DNA of 62,829 bases, taken from NCBI GenBank assembly GCA_016219345.1, contig JACRNE010000002.1:1-62829 (forward strand), in the 5' to 3' direction. This DNA comes from Candidatus Saccharimonadota bacterium (GTDB taxonomy: Bacteria > Patescibacteriota > Saccharimonadia > Saccharimonadales > 2-12-FULL-41-12). The translations under genes and the position numbers were made by a program. Positions 44,479-54,204 of this stretch are shown piece after piece. How positions within the stretch are numbered: the first letter of the stretch is position 1; each line of letters begins with the position of its first letter. The notes under the pieces are model-generated. The model saw only the letters and a program-made list of their open reading frames with translations, did not search any database and had not been told where the DNA came from.

Positions 44479-45271
44479 TTGGTTATTGGTTTCTATGAAA
44501 AAGCTGGTTGCAGCCGGGGTGGATTCACCACGGCGAGATTGTTTGGTTTTAGTTGAAGATCTTTTGGATAAAGATAGGTCTTGGGTTAACGCCCATGCCG
44601 AATACGAGCTAAATGATGAGCAAATATCTGTACTTGATGAGCAATTGAAGAGACGCATTAATCGCGAACCTTTGGCTTATATACGTGGAAAAGCCTGGTT
44701 TTATAAAAGATTTTTTGAGGTTAATCCGGATGTATTAATCCCCCGCCCCGAATCAGAAAGCTTTATAGAACTGCTCAAAGAATTAGATGTAGGAACAGTG
44801 GTGGATGTTGGTACAGGTAGTGGATGTTTAGCAATTACAGCAAAGCTGGAGCTACCACAAACACAGGTTTTTGCTACAGATATTAGTAGCGAGGCTCTAA
44901 AAGTTGCTCAAAAAAACGCCTTGAATCATAAAACTGAAATTAATTTTGTTCAAGGAAATTTTCTTGAGCCAATAAACGAGCTTGATTTAGAAAATTATGC
45001 AATTTTAGCTAACCTGCCATACGTTCCCAACGACCTAGTAACAAGCCCTGAGATAAAGACTGAGCCAGAACTGGCGCTGTTTTCTGGTACGGATGGCTTG
45101 GACCATTACAGGCAATTTTGGAAACAAGTTAATGAGCTACATGCGAAACCAAAATACATACTAACCGAGTCTCTAGAGAATCAGCATGAACAGCTTGAGA
45201 AGCTAGCAAAAGAAAGCTCCTATCGTCTATTAAAAACGGACGTCTTGGTTCAGCTATTTGAAAAAGCCTAG
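44465..45271 (+). CDS. prmC: release factor glutamine N5-methyltransferase PrmC/HemK
   Basis: Motif [14 protein letters not shown] and a NPPY-like LANLPYVP; 14-nt overlap with prfA. Confidence 0.9.
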   Translation: MTILDWLLVSMKKLVAAGVDSPRRDCLVLVEDLLDKDRSWVNAHAEYELNDEQISVLDEQLKRRINREPLAYIRGKAWFYKRFFEVNPDVLIPRPESESFIELLKELDVGTVVDVGTGSGCLAITAKLELPQTQVFATDISSEALKVAQKNALNHKTEINFVQGNFLEPINELDLENYAILANLPYVPNDLVTSPEIKTEPELALFSGTDGLDHYRQFWKQVNELHAKPKYILTESLENQHEQLEKLAKESSYRLLKTDVLVQLFEKA

Positions 45272-46452
45272 CTGGTCGGGGCAGCTTCTAAAGTTGCATC
45301 TATTTTCATTTCTTTATTATCACGGATAACGGTTAGCGTAACCTTTTCCCCTACTGTAAATCTGCCTAAAACAGATGTCAGGCTATTTTTCTCATCAACT
45401 GAAACATCATTTACTTTGGTAATTATATCTTTTTCCTGTAAACCTGCTTTAGCAGCTGGACTATCGTCAAGTATAGAAGCAACTCCATCATTCGATGGCA
45501 CAATGTATGCACCTCGTTTTGTGTTTAGGTTGTATTCGTAGGCATAATCATCTGTTAGCGACACATACCGAATCCCTAAATATGGTCGTTTTAGCTCTCC
45601 AGTATCGAGTACCGTTTTAATAAGACCCTTTATATCGCTTATTGGTATTGCAAAGCCAATATTCTCAGCACCACCGCCAGCAACCGCTGTATTAACTGCT
45701 ATCACCTCGCCCTGCATATTTACAAGTGGACCACCAGAATTACCTTCATTTATTGCTGCGTCCGTCTGGAATAAATTTTGTAAAGCTTCAACACTCTGAG
45801 AACTTGATGAGTCACCAGCCTGAACATTTCTTCCGTAGCCAGATATTATTCCTGACGTCACCGTGTTTTGAAATTGGCCAAGAGCATTTCCTATGGCGAT
45901 CACCCGATCGCCTACTTCTGTTTTGGTAGAGTCTCCTATCTTAACTGGTTGCAAGTCTTTGCCTTTTTTATCCTTAATTTTTAAGAAAGCTATATCAAGC
46001 GGGTCACCTTCGGCGGTGCGACCTATAACTTCTATATCAGTAAGTTCTGTTCCGTCAGATAGGGTTATGCTTACGTTCTCTACACTCTTAGGTATGACGT
46101 GTCTATTTGTTACGATAACACCGTCTTCACTGACTATGAAGCCAGTTCCGGCGCTCTCCTGAGTCGTACTTTGAGGACCAAAAAAGGTTGAGACCGTGCT
46201 TTGACTTGTCACATTGACCGAAACCACGCCAGGACCAACCTCTCTGGCAATCTGAGTTATTAGATTGCCCTCGTCTTTAATTATTTGTGCCTGCTGATCT
46301 CTATTGGTGGAAATGTCTCGGTTCGCTTGACCACCAAAATATCCGCCAAAAAATCCAGCGCTCACGCTCGCTAAAGCAATTAGTAAAACAACTGCTAATT
46401 TATTGTTTTGATTGAGGTTTTTTCCAGTCTCTGATAGTTTTCCCATGTCCAA
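45268..46452 (-). CDS. htrA: HtrA/DegP-family serine protease with one PDZ domain
   Basis: Catalytic motifs TNRHV, DIAFLKI, GNSGGPLV; N-terminal anchor; C-terminal PDZ (SPAAKAGLQEKDIITKVND). Confidence 0.9.
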   Translation of the reverse strand: MDMGKLSETGKNLNQNNKLAVVLLIALASVSAGFFGGYFGGQANRDISTNRDQQAQIIKDEGNLITQIAREVGPGVVSVNVTSQSTVSTFFGPQSTTQESAGTGFIVSEDGVIVTNRHVIPKSVENVSITLSDGTELTDIEVIGRTAEGDPLDIAFLKIKDKKGKDLQPVKIGDSTKTEVGDRVIAIGNALGQFQNTVTSGIISGYGRNVQAGDSSSSQSVEALQNLFQTDAAINEGNSGGPLVNMQGEVIAVNTAVAGGGAENIGFAIPISDIKGLIKTVLDTGELKRPYLGIRYVSLTDDYAYEYNLNTKRGAYIVPSNDGVASILDDSPAAKAGLQEKDIITKVNDVSVDEKNSLTSVLGRFTVGEKVTLTVIRDNKEMKIDATLEAAPTS

Positions 46453-46488
46453 TAATTATAATGCTTAAATTGGCTTTATAAAAATTTT

Positions 46489-47241
46489 CTAGACGGTTGC
46501 GTCACCCCAGCGAGAGAAGACAATTATTACAAAAACTATCGCAAACATTGTTAGGATAATCTGTTGCCTAATAGTGGATGAAAGACGGTCAGTCTGCTCC
46601 AAGTAGTAGAGACCGGCAAATCCGAAAGCTAACGAGCTAACTAAAAGAGCAGGCTGTGCAATAGGGCCCACAAATAGTAGCCAATGTCCCAAAACCCACA
46701 TAATTGCAGCCGCAAAGAACGCCCAGATTGATGAAATAAGCCTACCGTGTCTTTCGTCAAAAATATTCAGGAAATGCCTTGCGCAGAAATAACTGATGGA
46801 CCAAAAGGCCAGAACATAAGCTCCTAAAATAGCTCCTTCCAGTGCCAGGAAAATACTAACAAGCCCCAGAGTATTAGCTATTACGGCCTGGGCCGACACC
46901 ATACCAACACTAGTTCCAGGCTTTATATAGAGCAGCCAAATTTCAAACAGGATCATCCATACAATCTGTATCCACATCGTAGACGTAGATGCCATAAAGA
47001 CTAAGAAACTCACACTCGCGATAATATCTACAGCGTTAGTTCTAATGTGCGCTATCCAGTGCCTAGGATGGAGCGCAAACATTCGCCACTTACTGAGCAG
47101 TAGGATTGCCAGTGCGATCAAGTTAAAATCAAGCCGTACTAAAACCAGTATAAGGGGCGGGAGTATAGCGATAATACTCAAATGAAATGCATGGGCAAAT
47201 CCCCTGCCAGGTCTGATTTTGTCGAAAATATATTTAACCAT
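46489..47241 (-). CDS. hypothetical multi-pass membrane protein
   Basis: 250 aa with about 7 hydrophobic helices; no motif recognised. Confidence 0.5.
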   Translation of the reverse strand: MVKYIFDKIRPGRGFAHAFHLSIIAILPPLILVLVRLDFNLIALAILLLSKWRMFALHPRHWIAHIRTNAVDIIASVSFLVFMASTSTMWIQIVWMILFEIWLLYIKPGTSVGMVSAQAVIANTLGLVSIFLALEGAILGAYVLAFWSISYFCARHFLNIFDERHGRLISSIWAFFAAAIMWVLGHWLLFVGPIAQPALLVSSLAFGFAGLYYLEQTDRLSSTIRQQIILTMFAIVFVIIVFSRWGDATV

Positions 47242-47249
47242 TTTTTATT

Positions 47250-48937
47250 CTAAAGATGCGGTGATCGCGCAGAACCACAAATATTGGTGTTGGAGCAATT
47301 TGCTCCCGCGGACTGCGACGATGTATCGCCGCCGAGTATTATAACAAAGTCGGCGTAACCTGGCTGAATCGCACTATCAGGCAACGAAGTTGTAGCTAAT
47401 GTCTTAAATCTTAGTTCTAAATATCTCTTAGTGTATTTTTTTGCACCACTACGCATATCTACCAATACGGTTTTTGAGTAGTTTAGCGACGGAGCATTAT
47501 CTACAGATATTACGTTATAACCGTAGGATTTAAGTTCATCGGCTTTTTCTGTGGCAATTCCCGGACGTGAAGTTCCATTTAAAATTGCCACGCTCGGATT
47601 CTCCATCTTTAGGAAACTATCTTTCAAGGTATTTCTTATATAAAATTGAATATCTTTGTAGTTTCCTACTCCGGCTTTTGGAATCACAACAGACAGACCG
47701 CCTATATTGGCTGTTTTTACGTAATCATTTGGAGGATCAGCTAGACCGATTGAGACAATCTTCGAACTATCTATGCCCCTTGTTATCTCATACAACCTAT
47801 TAAGATCCTGGATGCTGAAGTTGGTCTGCACATGATTGCCGAAATTATCTAAAAGCTGTGAGATCTTAGCAGGGTTTGAAAACGTACCAAGCGAAAATAC
47901 TTTATCTTTTGTAGCAGCAATTATTAGTCTTTGTCTTTCAGACCTATCAAAATCACCACGTGCACTCGTATGCCTTGATCTTGCATATGCTAGCGCCTCA
48001 AAACCATCAAAATGTTTTTGTCCAGGCTTAACGTTGAGCGTGTAAGGTCTGCCATCTATGCGCATGGGTTCATAAACAGCTTTTGGTACATTCATATCAA
48101 TTCCACCAACCGTATCTATCGCCTGCTTAAACCCGGTAAAGTCCACCATGGCATGATAATGAACAGGTATGCCAAGCGTATCCTCGACAGTATTTTCAAT
48201 TAAATCAAATCCGGCGTTCTCTGCATCTTTTTTGGTTTGATCATTTATATTTTTAGACTTGTTCAAAACGGATGATTTACCGGTATAAAAGACGCTGTTA
48301 ATTTTCATAGAGCCTTCGCCGGGAACTTTTACATAAAGATCCCTCGGGATACTGACGAGCCCTGCTTCCTTTGCGATTGGATCTAACCACCCCGGCCTAA
48401 GAGTAGTACATTTATCCTGCCATCTCCTTCACCGCGCAAGCGTGATGGATCAACATTTTCATCAAGAGCTGCGGCTCCTCCACCACCTGACAGAACTTTA
48501 CGCAAGTTCAGATATCCCTTTGCAAATAAAAACCCAACAATCAATGCAATTATTAAAATTATTATCGCAGCGATCTTCAGACGTTTTTTTCTTTTTGCTT
48601 TACGCTTTTCATAATGATCAATTCCATCTAGGCGGCTGTTGTTTTTTTTCTTGAACAGAGAGAATTTTGATTTTTTCTTTGCGACTGGTCGTTCATATTT
48701 TGGTCGTTTAGGCATTTCAATCATTGGGTTCTGCGCTTGCCTAAAACCATCCGTCCCTCTAAATTCACCTATTCTGCCCTGTCCAGTTTGCGGCTTGGCA
48801 GAGCCTTGCGGTCTATAAGAGCTTGAACGCTTGAAATCAATGCTGCCACCAGCCCTAGAGCCGGTTGTGCGGCCTATGCTTATCCCGTCGATCGATGTTG
48901 GTGGTTTACGAAATTTTTTGTTTAGCTGGTCGTTCAT
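47250..48937 (-). pseudogene. disrupted LytR-CpsA-Psr (LCP) family cell-wall glycopolymer ligase, split into two ORFs
   Basis: ORF 48383-48937 holds the basic cytoplasmic tail, a TM helix and the start of the LCP domain (GEGDGRINVLLLGRGG then stop). The rest (LDPIAKEAGLVSIPRDLYVKVPGEGSMKINSVF..., then a LytR_C domain) continues in another frame through 47250. Confidence 0.6.
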
Positions 48938-49059
48938 ATGTAATTACAAAGCATTAGTATAGCGTTTTGAGTCGATTGATACCAGACTATAAGAAGCCTC
49001 TTTTATACTCCCCACTGGTTAGAGACTTAGACAGCAAACTTATGTTAAGCTCTAGAGGC

Positions 49060-49686
49060 ATGAACGAAATCAGCCAGGCAGCACCGACACCAGAAAAACC
49101 TAAAAAAAACTTGTTCTCAAGACACGGAGAGCTTCTTTCCACAATAGGAATTCTTATAGCTGCCCCTGTACTAGCCGTACTCTTAACAATATTTGTATTT
49201 CAATCATACGAAGTAGATGGACCAAGCATGGAGACGACCCTCCAGGACAATGACCGTCTCATCGTTAACAAAATTGGTAAAACATGGGCAAAGATAAACG
49301 GCAGCGACTATATACCTGACAGATACTCGATTATTGTTTTTCATAGCCATTCCTCTATAACTGTGAATGGACAAAATAAACAATTAATAAAAAGAGTTAT
49401 CGGGCTACCTGGAGACAGAGTTGTAATCAGCAACGGATCCGTAAAAATCTACAATTCTGAAAATCCAGACGGCTTCTCACCCGACACACAAGGGCCTGAG
49501 GCTCAAGTGATCGAGACAACCAGTGGCAACCTAGACGAGACGGTTGAAGATGGCGAGGTATTTGTTATGGGGGATAACAGGGAAAACTCCTTGGATTCTA
49601 GAAATTTTGGACCAGTAAAATCCAGCGATATTGTGGGCGAGCTAGCATTTAGGATCTTTCCGTTTAACTCTATAAAACACTTTTAG
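49060..49686 (+). CDS. lepB: signal peptidase I
   Basis: S26 boxes GPSMETTL, KRVIGLPGDRV, GDNRENSLDSR. The start is uncertain: the track begins at TTG 48967, and ATGs lie at 49042 and 49060. Confidence 0.85.
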   Translation: MNEISQAAPTPEKPKKNLFSRHGELLSTIGILIAAPVLAVLLTIFVFQSYEVDGPSMETTLQDNDRLIVNKIGKTWAKINGSDYIPDRYSIIVFHSHSSITVNGQNKQLIKRVIGLPGDRVVISNGSVKIYNSENPDGFSPDTQGPEAQVIETTSGNLDETVEDGEVFVMGDNRENSLDSRNFGPVKSSDIVGELAFRIFPFNSIKHF

Positions 49687-49688
49687 AA

Positions 49689-50555
49689 TTAATCTGTTAT
49701 AAGTTTAGATATTCTTTTGAGCTCTTTTTCCGAGTTAAAAAATATCTGGACTCTTCCACCGCGGTTTGACCTGATTATAGCTACTTTGCTATCAAGTTTT
49801 TTACTAATCTTTTCGGTAGTTTTAATATCTTCCGGATTAGTGCGCGCAACCTTGCGTGATTCCTTTGATTTTTTATTCTTGACGTCATTTACAAATTTCT
49901 CAGCCTGCCTAACCGACCATTTGTCCTCTTCTATTAACTCGAGCAGTCTGGTCTGTTGATCTGGATGGTCTTTTAGTGCCAAGATTGACCTAGCATGACC
50001 TTCGGAAATATCACCTCTGGTTAGTGCATCCTTGGCATTGTCAGGTAATTGAAGGAGCCTGACTATGTTGGCAATCGTAGTGTTCGCCTTACCTAGTCTT
50101 TTTGCTATTTCGTCATAGCCCATACTAAATTGTTCGTGAAGTTTGGCTATTGAAACGGCTTGCTCTAACGGTGACAGATCTACCCTTTGCACATTTTCCA
50201 CCAATCCAATTTCCAGTCGATCCAGTTCTTCACTTGTTCTAACTAGCACCGGTAATTGATCTATGCCAGCTGACTTCGCTGCCCTGTATCTTCGCTCTCC
50301 AGCAATAATTATATATTTACCACCATTATCTGGAGTTACGACCAGGGGCTGTAGTATTCCGTGGCGTTTTATTGAAGATGCTAATTCGCTTAGAGCATCT
50401 TTGTCAAAATGCTTTCTTGGTTGCTCGGGATTGGGAGAAATGTCAGAAATGAACAACTTTTGTGTTCGGTCTTTTTTATCTATTAACAGAGATGTATCAA
50501 AGTCTTCTGGCAATAAACTACCAAATCCCCTGCCTAATCCTTTTTGTTTAGCCAT
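49689..50555 (-). CDS. parB: chromosome partitioning protein ParB/Spo0J
   Basis: KGLGRGFGSLLP, IIAGERRYRAAKSAG, and an HTH region. Confidence 0.93.
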   Translation of the reverse strand: MAKQKGLGRGFGSLLPEDFDTSLLIDKKDRTQKLFISDISPNPEQPRKHFDKDALSELASSIKRHGILQPLVVTPDNGGKYIIIAGERRYRAAKSAGIDQLPVLVRTSEELDRLEIGLVENVQRVDLSPLEQAVSIAKLHEQFSMGYDEIAKRLGKANTTIANIVRLLQLPDNAKDALTRGDISEGHARSILALKDHPDQQTRLLELIEEDKWSVRQAEKFVNDVKNKKSKESRKVARTNPEDIKTTEKISKKLDSKVAIIRSNRGGRVQIFFNSEKELKRISKLITD

Positions 50556-50559
50556 AGTA

Positions 50560-51351
50560 CTATTTTACCTCCTCAGTATCACTTTTGGGAATCTTTTCTG
50601 TCAGCTCTTTGGCAAGATTTTTGTAGGCCCTTGCCCCCTTACTCCATTTGTCGTGTTCAGATATTGGCTTTCCGAAACTAGGCGCTTCAGCCAATCGAAT
50701 ATTTCTTGGTATCACAGTTTTAAATAATTTATCTCCGAAATTTTCTTTTAGCTCACTGTAAACTTGCTCAGACAAACTAGTCCTTTTATCGAACATGGTT
50801 ACAGCTACCCCGAGTAATTCTAGGTTTGGGTTAAAGCTTCTTTTCACACTCTGCATAACTTGGAGTAACTGGCTCAATCCTTCAAGTGCATAGTATTCGG
50901 CCTGTACTGGGATCAGTACTAGATCCGATGCTACCAAAACATTTATGGTGAGTAGGCTTAGCGCCGGTGGACAGTCTATCAATATATAATCATAATACTC
51001 AAGCCCGCTAATCTTATTTTTTAGCATATGTTCACGATCTTGTTTGCCGGCTAAGTCAACTTCGGCACTCGCTAATCTAGGGTCTGCGGGTATCAAAAAT
51101 AGGTTTTTTAAATTTGTCTTTTGTACTACGGAACTAGCCTCTTGCCCTGAAAGTAGTACGTCGCACAATGTTTTAGCATGCTCCCGCTTAGTAAGGCCAA
51201 GGCCACTTGTGGTATTACTCTGGGGATCCGCATCAACCAACAGGACTTTTTTACCTTGCTTTGATAAATAGGCGCCAAGATTTATGGTAGTAGTAGTTTT
51301 GCCTACCCCGCCCTTTTGATTCAAAATAGCAATTATTTTTGTTTGTTCCAC
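50560..51351 (-). CDS. parA: chromosome partitioning ATPase ParA/Soj (GTG start)
   Basis: Deviant Walker A NQKGGVGKTTTT; SD AGAGGGA lies 5 nt upstream of the GTG. Confidence 0.95.
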   Translation of the reverse strand: MEQTKIIAILNQKGGVGKTTTTINLGAYLSKQGKKVLLVDADPQSNTTSGLGLTKREHAKTLCDVLLSGQEASSVVQKTNLKNLFLIPADPRLASAEVDLAGKQDREHMLKNKISGLEYYDYILIDCPPALSLLTINVLVASDLVLIPVQAEYYALEGLSQLLQVMQSVKRSFNPNLELLGVAVTMFDKRTSLSEQVYSELKENFGDKLFKTVIPRNIRLAEAPSFGKPISEHDKWSKGARAYKNLAKELTEKIPKSDTEEVK

Positions 51352-51411
51352 TTATTTCCCTCTCTAATAGACTAACATGCTAGCCCTTTACTAGAAAGAC
51401 CAGGCAATCTA

Positions 51412-52251
51412 TCAATTAAGGTTATTGATATAGCTAATAACTGATGTCTCAGATACTTTATTTTGTGTTCTTATAAACACCAATAGATCAAATTTCTTAA
51501 ATATTATGGTCTCGGGACCTTCCTCCGTTTCCTTTATGTACGCTAGTCCGCTACCTGTTTGAATAATTTTTGTTGCTTCAAAGCCCTTTGCCAACTCTTC
51601 TAGCTTAGCCTCTGGATCAGACTTAAAATCTTCCGGTAATGACTGCTGGCTCACGGCAATAGCTATCCCATCTATGCTGTCATCGAATTTAGCAAAGTTA
51701 CGCTCTGGGTTATAAGATACTTCTTCTTTATTGATTCCACTCGGTGGAAGCGCCGGACTAAAAGGCGGGTCATGTGAAACCGGCTCTTCTTTTACCTGGC
51801 TTGTTGTCGCAGTTTGTTCTGCGCTAGGAGCGTTATCCTTATTATCTCTGTTGATCAACAGGAATGACGCAGCCCCTACAATAAACACAATGAAGCCAAT
51901 AATAAGATAGGTCTTCGGATTTTTTAGAAAGTTAAATGAAAAATTTTTCTTATAATTTAATAGTCTGTTTTTTAACTTTTTAAGAAAATCCCAGTGTGCT
52001 TCTGGTAGGGAAAGTTTTATATTAACTTCGACTCGCTTTTTGTCTTCGTCACTTGCTAAGTCATAAGGCTCGTTAATGTTGCCAAATAACGAACCTTTGC
52101 TACTATGTCTTATATCTTTTTCTGATTGTTTTTTTACCTTGTCCCTTAACTCGCGCCACTCGGGATCATCGTATATAGTCTCTACTTTTTGGTTAGAATT
52201 TTCCTCAAAGAACTTTGGGGACTTTTTTTTCTTAGGATTTATAAACTCCAC
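51412..52251 (-). CDS. hypothetical single-pass membrane protein
   Basis: 279 aa; charged N-terminal region, TM helix YLIIGFIVFIVGAASFLLI, extracytoplasmic C-domain. Confidence 0.5.
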   Translation of the reverse strand: MEFINPKKKKSPKFFEENSNQKVETIYDDPEWRELRDKVKKQSEKDIRHSSKGSLFGNINEPYDLASDEDKKRVEVNIKLSLPEAHWDFLKKLKNRLLNYKKNFSFNFLKNPKTYLIIGFIVFIVGAASFLLINRDNKDNAPSAEQTATTSQVKEEPVSHDPPFSPALPPSGINKEEVSYNPERNFAKFDDSIDGIAIAVSQQSLPEDFKSDPEAKLEELAKGFEATKIIQTGSGLAYIKETEEGPETIIFKKFDLLVFIRTQNKVSETSVISYINNLN

Positions 52252-52265
52252 CTAAATTTCCTGAC

Positions 52266-54164
52266 TTATATGACGATGAAAAATCTATTTATTGATGTGG
52301 TATTACCTGCAAAATCCGTGACGGTTAAAGTGTAATTTCTTAAACCTGAGGGGAGCCTGCTTCTATTAGCTGACCAGCTACAATTACCTCCCGTACAACT
52401 CAGTGAAATACCTCCGTCTTGGCTACTGAGACTTGTGGAGCCTGAAGAAAGCACAACAGAGTGAACCCCAGATATACTATCAGATGCACTGCCACTTATC
52501 GTCCTGCCTAGGAATCGTAAAATCAGCTGGTTGCCGCTGAAGTTACTCGTGGGCAAAGTCTTGTCTATTGATAGTTGTATTGATCCAGTAGAACAATTTC
52601 CAGCAGGATCACATGATTGTCCGGATGTAAAAGTATTAATTCCTTCAGTGCTAGCAACTGTGGCTGAGGGCACATTTGGGCTACCCGATGATGGCGCAGG
52701 ATCATTTGATTCCCAGTTTATAGTAACGTCTGCGTTATACCACCCAAAACTATTAGCAGCCCTATCTGGCGTGCCTGTCACTACAGGTGGAGTTACATCA
52801 TCATTTAAAGGAGGTGCTGTACTCGAAACAAACACATTTGCACAATTTATTAAATTTTGAGCGATTGCTGAAGCAGAAAGAGAAGCAAATTGGGGCTCTA
52901 CATATGAACATGCGGGAGGAACTCCAAAGTTTGATGCCCTGTTGGAAAAAGCAGCTAATTGACCATTGGCACTTATTGAAAGAGAGCCCGCTTCGTTAAT
53001 GTCTGGCGCTAAATCATCCTGGTTATATCCAAAAAAATGATATTCCAATGTATTGGTGTCTAAAAAGACAAGACCGGTTTCACTATTACTCGTTGGGAAA
53101 ATAGCCGAATTACCATCTCTGGAGAACGATAACTCATTAAAATCAGCGCTTCTAAATATATCTGCTTGACCTATGGATATTCTTAGTTGTTTTGTCATTC
53201 CAGAATTTAAATCTCTCCTGTAGACACACCCCCTGAACTCACATTCGCCTGGTGTGGTTGAAAGCATATTTGGATCATGAGACTCAAAATAAGCATATCT
53301 GCCATCACCAGACAGATAACTGCCCACATTGTACCAGTAATCACTATTGACACCCGTCTGGGTAACATCAATACGTTGCGTGTTCTGTGTCTGGGAATCA
53401 AACAACTCAACAATTTGATATCCAAAGCTATTTTGTCTTTGATATAGAATCTTAGTTCCATCAGAGGACAATCCCTTATTAATGCCCTCGGCTATCTCTT
53501 GTGAGCTGCCTGCTGCCATGTCTCTTATGTATGTTTTCGGGAATCCTCCAGACTCTGAAAGAGTAATTGCAAACTTATTACCGTCATACGATGAATCAAT
53601 GGGGAAATCAGATCCAATTAAATTATTATTATCGTCAAAAGACACTACAGACGTTTGTCCCAATAAAGAATCATGTCTGAACTGGTATATAGTACCGCTG
53701 GTACGTGGATCAATGTTAGTAGAATAATGTACTGCGAAAAACACATACCTTCCGTCTCCACTCAAACCCGTTAGTCTTAGACCCTGACCATCCTGCGGCA
53801 TACCGTCTGAATTCACAGATACCATCTTAGTTGTATCCGCTCCTCTATCCCTTAGATAGATTTGTTCAGTATTTGTTGTTTGGCTACTTAGGTTCGTTGC
53901 CTGTGATAGAAAAGCGACATACCTGCCATCGTCTGACATTAACGTATCGCCACTATCATCATTTGTAAACTGCCCTTCTGTGGATTGTGAAATTAGTTCA
54001 GGATAGTAGTTCTGAGCATGCACCTTTGAAGTATCAAAAGGTGCCGTTTGTATTATTAGTGATAGGAATAAAACAGTTAAGACAATCTGTATTTTAATCC
54101 CAGTATTTCTATATATATTTTTCACCCTTTGAAACTCCCTCTTATGTACTAATAATTTTAGCAT
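52266..54164 (-). CDS. exported protein with TolB/PD40-like beta-propeller repeats and a C-terminal Ig-like region
   Basis: Signal/anchor helix. Recurrent S-x-DG-x-Y/F-hydrophobic motif about 7 times (SDDGRYVAFLS, SGDGRYVFFA, SYDGNKFAIT, SSDGTKILYQ, SGDGRYAYFE, SRDGNSAIFP, SANGQLAAFS). Confidence 0.65.
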   Translation of the reverse strand: MLKLLVHKREFQRVKNIYRNTGIKIQIVLTVLFLSLIIQTAPFDTSKVHAQNYYPELISQSTEGQFTNDDSGDTLMSDDGRYVAFLSQATNLSSQTTNTEQIYLRDRGADTTKMVSVNSDGMPQDGQGLRLTGLSGDGRYVFFAVHYSTNIDPRTSGTIYQFRHDSLLGQTSVVSFDDNNNLIGSDFPIDSSYDGNKFAITLSESGGFPKTYIRDMAAGSSQEIAEGINKGLSSDGTKILYQRQNSFGYQIVELFDSQTQNTQRIDVTQTGVNSDYWYNVGSYLSGDGRYAYFESHDPNMLSTTPGECEFRGCVYRRDLNSGMTKQLRISIGQADIFRSADFNELSFSRDGNSAIFPTSNSETGLVFLDTNTLEYHFFGYNQDDLAPDINEAGSLSISANGQLAAFSNRASNFGVPPACSYVEPQFASLSASAIAQNLINCANVFVSSTAPPLNDDVTPPVVTGTPDRAANSFGWYNADVTINWESNDPAPSSGSPNVPSATVASTEGINTFTSGQSCDPAGNCSTGSIQLSIDKTLPTSNFSGNQLILRFLGRTISGSASDSISGVHSVVLSSGSTSLSSQDGGISLSCTGGNCSWSANRSRLPSGLRNYTLTVTDFAGNTTSINRFFIVI

Positions 54165-54204
54165 GGTGAGAATAAAGTTTTTTGTTTAGAAAGATCAATA
54201 AATC

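Noticed and set aside
49689-51411. parS site near parAB (consensus TGTTNCACGTGAAACA).
   Set aside because: I found no full match by eye in or around parAB. Only a partial half-site-like string (TGTTTCACAAT) occurs near 41918, inside tsf. This needs a computational scan, so I make no claim.
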